From an uncultured Verrucomicrobiae bacterium (GTDB lineage Bacteria > Verrucomicrobiota > Verrucomicrobiia > Chthoniobacterales > JAFAMB01), in NCBI GenBank assembly GCA_963837955.1, contig CAWIPH010000002.1, forward strand, positions 2,016,001 to 2,080,000: DNA of 64,000 bases. The letters are read 5' to 3'. Each line of letters opens with the position of its first letter. Position 1 is the stretch's first letter. Of the stretch, positions 56,594-64,000 are shown one piece after another. The notes beneath the pieces were generated by a model. The model was not told where the DNA came from. It did no database searches and was given only the letters and a program-made list of their open reading frames with translations. The position numbers were made by a program, and so were the translations under genes.

Positions 56594-57358
56594 ATGAGCC
56601 AATCGATATCTCCGGATTCGCCGGCCGGGAATAAGGTTCCAGATTTCAGTGTCGTTATTCCGTTCTTCAATGAAGAGGGCAACGTCGGTCCGGTGCTACA
56701 AGAGCTTCGTGAGGTCCTGGAAAAGCAGTCGCCCAGCTACGAAGTGGTCCTGGTCGATGACGGTAGCGTAGATGGCACCGCGGTTCAGCTCAAACAGCAG
56801 GTCGCGAACTGGCCCCGTGCCCGGGTTCTCCAGCTCGGTCGGAATTGCGGACAGGCGGGAGCGCTCCTCGCGGGAATGAGCTCCGCCGAAGGAGAGAACA
56901 TTGTCCTGCTAGATGGTGACGGCCAAAACGACCCGCGCGATATCGAGAAAGCGCTACTTCTCCTCGACCGGTACGATATGGTCATGGGACACCGGGTTAA
57001 TCGTCACGACACTTTGATGCGCAGATTGATGTCCGGTATCGGCAATTCCGTTCGCCGTCTTTTTACAAAAGACGGGGTCTCCGACGCAGGGTGCGGTCTG
57101 AAAGTCTTTCGTCGAGAAGTGTTAGACGCCTTCATACCGATCCGGACGCTTTATTCTTTTATGCCCGCGCTGGCCAAAGCGGCCGGCTTCTCGATCGGTG
57201 AGATTCCGGTCAACCATCGTCCTCGCCGTTCTGGAACCCCAAAATATAACCTGCGCGTTTTCCTGTGGCGCCCTGCGGTCGACCTGCTCGGAGTCTGGTG
57301 GTTTTCAAGTCGCCGATGCCCGCGGAGCGAGGTCAGAGGAATGACAGATGACAAATGA
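56594..57358 (+). CDS. GT2 polyprenyl-phosphate glycosyltransferase (ArnC/DPM-synthase-like)
   Basis: SVVIPFFNEE, VDDGSVDGT, LDGDGQNDPRDI, DAGCGLK, VNHRPRRSG..KY. Confidence 0.92.
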   Translation: MSQSISPDSPAGNKVPDFSVVIPFFNEEGNVGPVLQELREVLEKQSPSYEVVLVDDGSVDGTAVQLKQQVANWPRARVLQLGRNCGQAGALLAGMSSAEGENIVLLDGDGQNDPRDIEKALLLLDRYDMVMGHRVNRHDTLMRRLMSGIGNSVRRLFTKDGVSDAGCGLKVFRREVLDAFIPIRTLYSFMPALAKAAGFSIGEIPVNHRPRRSGTPKYNLRVFLWRPAVDLLGVWWFSSRRCPRSEVRGMTDDK

Positions 57359-57527
57359 CAAATGACAAATGGGCTTGCGAGAACCCGCCCGCGATTGGTA
57401 GGGCGAAGACTTCGGCGCGTGGAGAACGACGTAGTTTCTGTGCGTGGTTCGCGCCGAGTTTGAGCCGCGTGTGGGAGCAATCTTTCTCGTCGCCGGATTA
57501 TACGGTAGCGGTACCTTGGGTGAGGCG

Positions 57528-57583
57528 CGGCTCAAGCCGATCCGGCGCCTGCCGGATCAGGCTTTCGCCCTACCGATCTTGGG
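57528..57583. repeat. GTAG-type REP-like element; exact 56-bp reverse complement at 63715-63770
   Basis: CGGCTCAAGCCGATCCGGCGCCTGCCGGATCAGGCTTTCGCCCTACCGATCTTGGG. Confidence 0.9.
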
Positions 57584-57593
57584 CGTCAACTCG

Positions 57594-58232
57594 CTATTGG
57601 CTATTGGCTATTTCCTTTGGCCGGCTCAAGCTACCCTCTACGCGGGAGGAGATCTGGATCAGTTGAGCCAGGGAATCGACCTTCATCTTTTTCATCACGC
57701 GGCCTCGATGAATCTTGACGGTTTGTTCGGCGATACCCAAGGCTGCACCGATCTGCTTGTTTAACATTCCTGCGGTGATGCCAATCAACACATCCCGTTC
57801 GCGTGACGTTAGACTGGCCAGCCGCGATTTTACTTCAGTCGTCTCTAAGCTTCGGCTATAGCGCTTGTTTGAGCGCGTCAATGCTCTTTCAACGCCAGTC
57901 AACAGTTCCTCGTGCGTAAAGGGTTTAGCGAGAAAATCGACGGCGCCTGCCCGAAAAGCCTGGGTGCACGTCGCGATATCACCATGACCGCTCATGAAAA
58001 TTATCTCGGTGTCGCGTCCGTCTTCTCTACACCTTTTTTGAAGATCAATGCCGTTCATTCCTGGCAACCAGAGGTCGAGCACAAGGCAGGAGGGTCCGGA
58101 AGGAGATTGATAGGCGAGAAATCGCTCGGCCGAATCGAAGTCTTGCACGTCGTAACCTGCGCTCGCGAGTAGGTGAGCAACGGTCCTTCGCACAGGCAGC
58201 TCATCATCGATCACGAAGATCGTCTGTTTCAT
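57594..58232 (-). CDS. FixJ/LuxR-family response regulator
   Basis: IFVIDDE, LVLDLWLPGMNG, SGHGDI, AVDFLAKP, LTSRERDVL...NKQIG..LGI...TVKIHRGRVMKKM. Confidence 0.93.
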   Translation of the reverse strand: MKQTIFVIDDELPVRRTVAHLLASAGYDVQDFDSAERFLAYQSPSGPSCLVLDLWLPGMNGIDLQKRCREDGRDTEIIFMSGHGDIATCTQAFRAGAVDFLAKPFTHEELLTGVERALTRSNKRYSRSLETTEVKSRLASLTSRERDVLIGITAGMLNKQIGAALGIAEQTVKIHRGRVMKKMKVDSLAQLIQISSRVEGSLSRPKEIANSQ

Positions 58233-58984
58233 AGTCCTCCCCCGGATTTGTCATCAGCGGATAAAAAAGGGATCCGCCTCCCACCACGTTCCCAGATCTA
58301 CCTCCGTGTGCTTCAACGAGTGCTCTTGCCAACCGCTCATTGTCCTATTTTTTACGAGCGACTGTTTAAATACTATAATTACTGTAGTAAAGACAATTAT
58401 TATAACTGAATTTTTCGAAGCATCTGTTCTGAACTTGGAGGGAGAGCTAAGTAACTGCGTGCGAGGAATTAGCCCGAAGCTATCGCGTCAGCCGCGGAAC
58501 GTGGATCGGCCGTAATACCTTGGTACTACTTGACAATAGATAGATCCAAGACCGCGATCCATGGCCATCGGAAAGGCAAAGTTGGCACCGAAGAGCCTGA
58601 AGAAAGGCTTTCTTTAAGAATCCGCCGGCGAACGTGCCGGTCGAGATGGGCCCTTGAGTCCATGCAGGCCACAAGATGTTTGCAAATCGCGAAGAGACGC
58701 AAATTGCACGAATGGGTCCCGTTTGTCGTTCAATAAAAAAGACGCCGGCTCGGCAACCTCGAATTAGACGCGAAAGGACACGAATGGGTCTCGCCTTAGT
58801 TCGCGTCCATTAGTATCCATTCGCGGTTCAGTAAGAAGACGCGAGGCTCGACAACCACGAATAGACGCGAATGCATCCGCCGTCGTCGCTTGGCGGTCGC
58901 CCGACTAGGACGGACAGGCACGAATGAGACCTTCATGAATTGCGTCCATTAGTGGTTCACTAAAGAGACGCCAAGCCTCTGATG

Positions 58985-59319
58985 CTGCGGTTCTTCACGG
59001 GTTCACCATTTTCTTGAGTTTACCTCTTTGAGAATCTGGATCTGCACCGCCTGATCCGCGATAATCTGCTTTAGTCGCGTGTTCTCGCCTTCCAGTGACC
59101 GCAGTCGACGCGCGTCGTCGACCTCGATCCTGCCAAACTTTCTTTTCCAAACATAGTAAGTCGCTTCGCTGATGTTATGCTTCGCGCACGCCGTCCTGAC
59201 CGTTGTGGTCTCGGCTTCTTTCAGCACACCGATGATTTGCTCTTCGCTAAATCGACTCTTCCTCATTCTTTCGGCTTTCTCCCATCGGGCCGTACTGCAG
59301 TTTTCGTATGTTCAGGTTA
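58985..59319 (-). mobile_element. IS3-family (IS407-like) fragment: left end plus orfA (59003-59266); orfB missing
   Basis: MRKSRFSEEQIIGVLKEAE...ISEATYYVWKRKFG...RLRSLEGENTRLK...KW*; no integrase-domain ORF follows. Confidence 0.85.
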
Positions 59320-59738
59320 GAACGCCCCCCGCAATTATTCCCAGCCTCCAGCCAACAATAAAAGCGCTCTGGAGGTCTTCATATCCAACAGAGCGCTTCT
59401 GCGCCCCTCGTCCGAATTTCTGTAACCCTATTAAATGAGCTTCAGCCGAAACGTGAACTTCTAATCCGGTTTGGGTTTCGCACTCGCAACGTTCCGATCT
59501 GGCAGTCGACTAACGGAGTAGCTCAATGCCCCGCCGGATTCGCCCAGCTCCTAAACCGCGTGGCTTATTCTGCCGGTCTAAAGCGGTCCGACGGTTGGGG
59601 AGTTCAAAATTAGGTCTCTCTGTTTCCTCCGTTATCTCCTGTTTAGAAAAATATCTGGGACCGTGCGGTGTCGTTCCACGACGGTGATTCTTAGTGATTC
59701 AAAGCCACCGGTTTGGTGAAAACATCAGATCCGTGATG

Positions 59739-61235
59739 TTAGCGGGCGAGAGCCACCGTTTGTGAGGTGATGGTCTTTTTGTGATTGGAGACAGACATCA
59801 GCTTTTCCAAAGCCTCCATTTTAGCGGCCAGCTTGCTCGTCTGCGCTTTCATTTGAGCGTTTTCTGCCTCGAGCGCAGCCATCTTGTTGGCTTGCGTATT
59901 CAGTCGGTCATTCTCCGCTTCGAGGGCTTCGACCTTCTTCGCAAGTTCCTGAGTGGCGCTCACATTGAGCATCGCGATGGCATCGTAATCCACGCTCTTC
60001 AGATCCAGGCATTGCTTGCCGTAAACGAACACTTTATCGCCGAGCGCTTCTTTGGTCGTGACCGTGAACGTTTTGTCATCCACCACATGAGCCACGACAT
60101 TGAGTTCGGGATTCTTCGCCGTGATCAAACGAACCGTCTCGCCATCTTTCAGGCCATGGGTTTTGGCCAGGCTGATGGTGAAGGCATTCTGCCCGTCGGA
60201 CTTTACAGAGCTGGACACCGCATAGATATCGGGCGTGAACGTAACCCCCTTGTAACCAATCGTCTTGATGGCTGTCGGATAGACCTCTTCCACCTGTTGC
60301 GCGATTACCTTTTTGCAACGCCCGTCGCCTTGTTGGACAACATCCTTCATGGTGTAGTCGGTGATCTCAATTTTCTTGAGCGTCTCCAGATCCTTCGCAC
60401 TATCCGAGTGGCCAATGATATTCTTCAGACGCGCGTCGGAAGCCGTGAGGGGTCCGCTGTAGCTAAGGACTGCGCCGCCAGACCAGATGGCGTTTGCGAA
60501 GATCGCTGACGCTACGTTAGTTCCGGTGACGCCGGTGCCGTGGACCAGAGTAGATGTGCTATTGAAGGTGAAAAATGACTGGGTAACATTGGTCTCTTGA
60601 AAGTTGCTGGATCCCGCTACGTACAACGGCGCAAAAGGCGTCGTTGTACCGATGCCTAGGTTCCCCTTTTCGTCGATGCGCATGACTTCACGCCCGCCGG
60701 TGCCGCCCGCCGTAACAAATGCCATGGCCGTCAAGGGAGTGCCTCCGGTGAAGCCACGATGAATCGCCCGCCAGCCGGTCTCGTTGCCGTCTGCGGCACC
60801 TGCGCCTCCCGGGAGTGATTGCATCACATATCCGCCCATAATATCCTCCGGATTCAAGGTAGAGTTGTTGTCGATAACCAGATTTACAAACGGGAGGGCG
60901 CCGGGTGTCAGCGGTGATGCTTTGGTTTCGACGAGGATATACGCATCCCGTAGGATTGAGCCGTTAGCTAAAAGATGCAGCTTCGAGATAGGCGCAGTTG
61001 TCCCAATCCCGGTAAATCCCTGGATGATCACACCGTTGGCTGGAGCTGCGACGTTAAAGGTGCTGTCGCCCACGGCGATGCCGCCGCTCGCGGTGGTACC
61101 ATTGACGGTGAGTTTGGCTTGGGGATTGGAAATCCCGATCCCAACATTCTGCGCTGCGGCACTCGATACGAAAAGTAACGTCGCGGAAGCACAAGCCGCA
61201 AATAGCGGCCGGCTAATATAATTTAGTGTTTTCAT
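59739..61235 (-). CDS. Secreted protein with C-terminal intramolecular chaperone (peptidase S74-like) domain and coiled coil
   Basis: Signal peptide (AAA-QNVGIG), repeated GIGTTxP motifs, SDARLKN cleavage motif, IAQQVEEVYP, SVDYDAI...ATQEL. Confidence 0.88.
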   Translation of the reverse strand: MKTLNYISRPLFAACASATLLFVSSAAAQNVGIGISNPQAKLTVNGTTASGGIAVGDSTFNVAAPANGVIIQGFTGIGTTAPISKLHLLANGSILRDAYILVETKASPLTPGALPFVNLVIDNNSTLNPEDIMGGYVMQSLPGGAGAADGNETGWRAIHRGFTGGTPLTAMAFVTAGGTGGREVMRIDEKGNLGIGTTTPFAPLYVAGSSNFQETNVTQSFFTFNSTSTLVHGTGVTGTNVASAIFANAIWSGGAVLSYSGPLTASDARLKNIIGHSDSAKDLETLKKIEITDYTMKDVVQQGDGRCKKVIAQQVEEVYPTAIKTIGYKGVTFTPDIYAVSSSVKSDGQNAFTISLAKTHGLKDGETVRLITAKNPELNVVAHVVDDKTFTVTTKEALGDKVFVYGKQCLDLKSVDYDAIAMLNVSATQELAKKVEALEAENDRLNTQANKMAALEAENAQMKAQTSKLAAKMEALEKLMSVSNHKKTITSQTVALAR

Positions 61236-61286
61236 GGGTATTGTTTTGAGACGAAACCACGCCCCGAAAACATCCGATCCGTGATG

Positions 61287-61431
61287 TTAGTGAGCGAGAG
61301 CCACCTTTTGTGAAGCGGTGGATTTTTTATGATTGGAGACAGACATCAGTTTTTCCAGCGTCTCCATTTTTGATTCGAGGGCAGCCAGCTTTTTCGCTTG
61401 CGCTTTCAACTGAGCATTTTCGGCTTCGAGC
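61287..61431 (-). pseudogene. Orphan 3' end of a paralog of the S74 protein gene
   Basis: Reads LEAENAQLKAQAKKLAALESKMETLEKLMSVSNHKKSTASQKVALAH*, matching the C-terminus of 59739-61235 plus about 20 nt of downstream sequence. Confidence 0.85.
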
Positions 61432-61450
61432 TTGATGGACTTGCCCTTTC

Positions 61451-62311
61451 CTACCTTCTGTTTAAGAACTCTCTTTGCTTCTGCGTTGCTTTCGATCTAG
61501 ACGGTACGCGACCGGAACCTGCGAACCTGCGAACCAGCGCGACGCCGAAGATCAGTGGTGCGGAAAGAAGCAGATAATGTCCAAGCGGTGGCTCGGGAAC
61601 CGGGATAACCGTCGCCGTCAGATCAAAGAAGGAGGCCAGGCCGACATCTTGGGAGAGCACCGCACCGGAAACGTTGCCATTGCCGGCCGTATAGAAATAG
61701 CTGTTTGGGTTTAAACCGCTCGAGCCGGTAAACGAATTGTTAAAGGTATAGTTAGGCTGAGGCGATCCACCGAACAGAGCACCGGTTGCGATGTCAAATG
61801 AATTGCCCGTAGCGATGGTAATGCCCACTATCAACTGCGTGTTCGGCGCGATGGGGTTAGTGGTTTGGGCTGCTCCGGTGAGCCCGAAGCTAAAGACGCT
61901 GGCAGTGTTATTGTAATTGCCACCGGTCGTGTTGTTTATATTTTGAGTCAGCGGACCGCTGATCGCGGTAAGTCCGCTTAGACTGGTGCCGGTATCGGTC
62001 CCAGTGTAGAGGCCGACCGTGACCGGTACAGCGCTGCCGCTAGGGGAGAAGCCCCAAAGCGAAAGATTGAGTGCCGTAACCGTGTTACCGGCTGTCCAGG
62101 GACTGTTGTTTGAGCCATTGCCTGTACCCACCGCGACATAAAAGGTCTCCGTACCGCTCGTGGCGTTAATGTTGACGACGTCATTGTAGGGACCGGCGTT
62201 GCCGCCAATAATGGTAGAGCCGCCGCTATCGAAGAGGGGCGTCGTAGCCGCTGTCGCCTGATTAATCAAGCTGGCCAGCGGAAGCAGAAGTGTAAGATAG
62301 AAGATTCGCAT
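61451..62311 (-). CDS. PEP-CTERM-type exported protein
   Basis: Signal peptide, G/S/T/N-rich body, VPEP + TM helix + basic tail. Confidence 0.85.
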   Translation of the reverse strand: MRIFYLTLLLPLASLINQATAATTPLFDSGGSTIIGGNAGPYNDVVNINATSGTETFYVAVGTGNGSNNSPWTAGNTVTALNLSLWGFSPSGSAVPVTVGLYTGTDTGTSLSGLTAISGPLTQNINNTTGGNYNNTASVFSFGLTGAAQTTNPIAPNTQLIVGITIATGNSFDIATGALFGGSPQPNYTFNNSFTGSSGLNPNSYFYTAGNGNVSGAVLSQDVGLASFFDLTATVIPVPEPPLGHYLLLSAPLIFGVALVRRFAGSGRVPSRSKATQKQREFLNRR

Positions 62312-62333
62312 AATAAGAGACTGTTTAAGTTAA

Positions 62334-62552
62334 CTAACCGACATGGCGCCGGCGAAGGCGCATGATCATTCCCAGCATTCCGAAACCACCCAGCATCATG
62401 AGCCAGACCGGTGGTTCGGATACCGGCGTGGCGGCGACGACGAGTCCGGACAAACTAACGAACCCGACTAATAGGCCGACTAACAAGAAAACCCTGTATG
62501 ACGACAAACCTGCCTGTTTCTGGGGCCGGGGCTCGTCAGGAAGCTGTTTCAT
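62334..62552 (-). CDS. 72-aa protein: signal/TM segment joined directly to a PEP-CTERM-like sorting tail
   Basis: ...VVAATPVSEPPVWLMMLGGFGMLGMIMRLRRR resembles the VPEPxxWxMMxxGFGxxGxxxRRRR consensus. Confidence 0.65.
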   Translation of the reverse strand: MKQLPDEPRPQKQAGLSSYRVFLLVGLLVGFVSLSGLVVAATPVSEPPVWLMMLGGFGMLGMIMRLRRRHVG

Positions 62553-62937
62553 AGCGTGCGTTGTTGGTAAGCAACTCCGTTGCTTTGGAAACCAAACCGT
62601 GGCTGCCTAAGGTCTGGAGTCGCGCTTACAGATCTGGGTGTCTATAGAAAGACTAAGTAGCGAGCAAGGCGATAATGGAAATGCGATATAATACTTTGGT
62701 ATGATAATACGTTAGTACTATATGGGTATTACATCAGGCGCGAATCGCGACATTCAGAAATAGAATTATTCTGTCCGAGTAGATATAACACTTTCGTACT
62801 ACTTGACCGCAGCGGGGGTCGTCGGGTAATGAAGATGATTGTTATTTAATTGGGATGGGGACTGCCGCGAGGAGGGGTCTACTAGCTTTCCAAATCGCAC
62901 GACCCTGCCTGAAATGTTAGCAACGAAGGAACAGGAT

Positions 62938-63702
62938 ATGTCGACCGTCAAAGAATTGGGAAAACCGCGGCCACGGACTCTCAGTGGAAGCGAACGCTCG
63001 CTGGTAGAGGCGTTACGTCAATTCATCGAGGAAAATCGTCACCCAATTTCCGGCGTCGCTCGGCGCTTGGGTCTGAGATATGTGACGCTCCGTAAGGTGC
63101 TTGTTGGCGAACAGGTGCCGCAAGTGCGAACTCTGCAATTGATTGCGAACTACCTACGGAGCGAGAGTACCGATGCCGGCGAAGGATGGGATACGGACAG
63201 CACGGCTTGGGCGCGATCAGCGTTCGATAGAGGAGTGAGCAGCTGGCGTGAAGAGTCCTGTTCCGTTTGCCGGACGCCGTTGAGCGCGCGGGCGCGCCAG
63301 AGCGAGAACGAAAATATGACTCAATCGATGGCGCGACTCTTGCGAGAGCTCAAGGCTGTCCTCGAAATGTTGGGTGGATGCCGAATGCCGGGACTAGGAG
63401 AATTCGGTTCCATGGAAGAGAGAGCGAACGTTCTGATCTCGAAATTAACCGAGACGATCGAAGAGGATCGAGTGCGCGGGTACGAACTGGAAACCGTCAT
63501 AGCGCAAATGGTGGGGATCAGTGATAAATATCAACTTCCGGCGGAAGTTGAGGAGACGGTGCAGCTCGCAAAGAGCAAACTGCGAAGAACAGGTCATAGT
63601 CGGGAAGAGCTAGTCGCGCAGCGCGAAGCCTTAAGGAACCGGTTTGCGATTTTACGTGAAACAGATAGTAGCCCGGAACTGTGGCGACAAAGAGCAGGTT
63701 GA
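62938..63702 (+). CDS. Hypothetical protein with N-terminal XRE-like helix-turn-helix
   Basis: ISGVARRLGLRYVTLRKVLVGEQVPQVRTLQLIANYL; a C..C pair and a helical C-terminus. Start uncertain (62839, 62914 or 62938). Confidence 0.6.
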   Translation: MSTVKELGKPRPRTLSGSERSLVEALRQFIEENRHPISGVARRLGLRYVTLRKVLVGEQVPQVRTLQLIANYLRSESTDAGEGWDTDSTAWARSAFDRGVSSWREESCSVCRTPLSARARQSENENMTQSMARLLRELKAVLEMLGGCRMPGLGEFGSMEERANVLISKLTETIEEDRVRGYELETVIAQMVGISDKYQLPAEVEETVQLAKSKLRRTGHSREELVAQREALRNRFAILRETDSSPELWRQRAG

Positions 63703-63714
63703 ATGCGCTGAATA

Positions 63715-64000
63715 CCCAAGATCGGTAGGGCGAAAGCCTGATCCGGCAGGCGCCGGATCGGCTTGAGCCGTTGTGGCTTTACCCAAAGCAATCGTTTTGT
63801 TCTCTCGTCCACGGACATCCCGTCGCGAATTTTCGCATTGCCAAGGCTCGAACAATGCCCACGATCGGTAGGGCGAAAGCTTAGGCGCGCCGGAAATGTT
63901 GTGATGTCTGTTGCGTCATCAGCGCCGGGCTTGAGCCGGGTCCGCGATCAGGGAAAGCGCTAATCTTTGGGTAAAACCACAAACGGCTCAAGCCGATCCG
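63715..64000. repeat. REP-like inverted pair running off the window end
   Basis: CGGATCGGCTTGAGCCGTTGTGGCTTTACCCAAAG versus CTTTGGGTAAAACCACAAACGGCTCAAGCCGATCCG. Confidence 0.85.

Noticed and set aside
59739..61235. Prophage tail fibre region
   Set aside because: The protein has a signal peptide, and there are no capsid, terminase, portal or integrase genes nearby.
59719..61431. Diversity-generating retroelement template/variable repeat pair
   Set aside because: Differences between the copies are largely synonymous and include many C/T changes plus an indel, not adenine-specific; no reverse transcriptase in the window.
1..64000. tRNA or rRNA genes
   Set aside because: No cloverleaf with a T-loop or conserved rRNA segments was recognised by eye; a tRNAscan/Infernal run would be decisive.

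Overview
Bacterial chromosomal window. Gene content (PEP-CTERM proteins, ECF sigma/Ser-Thr kinase pair, Pro/Thr-rich linkers, bamD-lptE-rsmI order) suggests the PVC superphylum, probably Verrucomicrobia; this is inference. 1-14.6 kb: a large filamentous-haemagglutinin-like TpsA with TpsB, ExbB, ExbD, TonB, a porin, a coiled-coil protein and a PPIase, followed by a 182-aa mini-TpsA made only of the N- and C-terminal motifs. 15.1-16.9 kb: an IS110 element inserted in a REP-like palindrome, whose left non-coding end folds into a two-loop RNA with segments matching its own target and donor junctions (candidate bridge RNA). 17-40 kb: a signalling-rich region with two TIR-TM-TPR proteins, a TPR/class III cyclase, DegP, an ABC exporter, a frameshifted IS256, an ECF sigma plus kinase, two ATP-grasp genes, GAF plus S8 peptidase, and a second sigma. 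40-58 kb: envelope and housekeeping genes (rsmI, lptE, bamD, opgD, ADH, OmpA, EamA, a GT-C/GT2 cluster). 58-64 kb: a response regulator, an IS3 fragment, an S74-chaperone protein and PEP-CTERM proteins. Intergenic DNA is crowded with several families of inverted repeats; some enclose decayed remnants of RAYT, four-helix-bundle and GxxExxY genes, and some are nested inside each other. No rRNA, tRNA or CRISPR array was seen. All calls are by eye from motifs; no database search was run.
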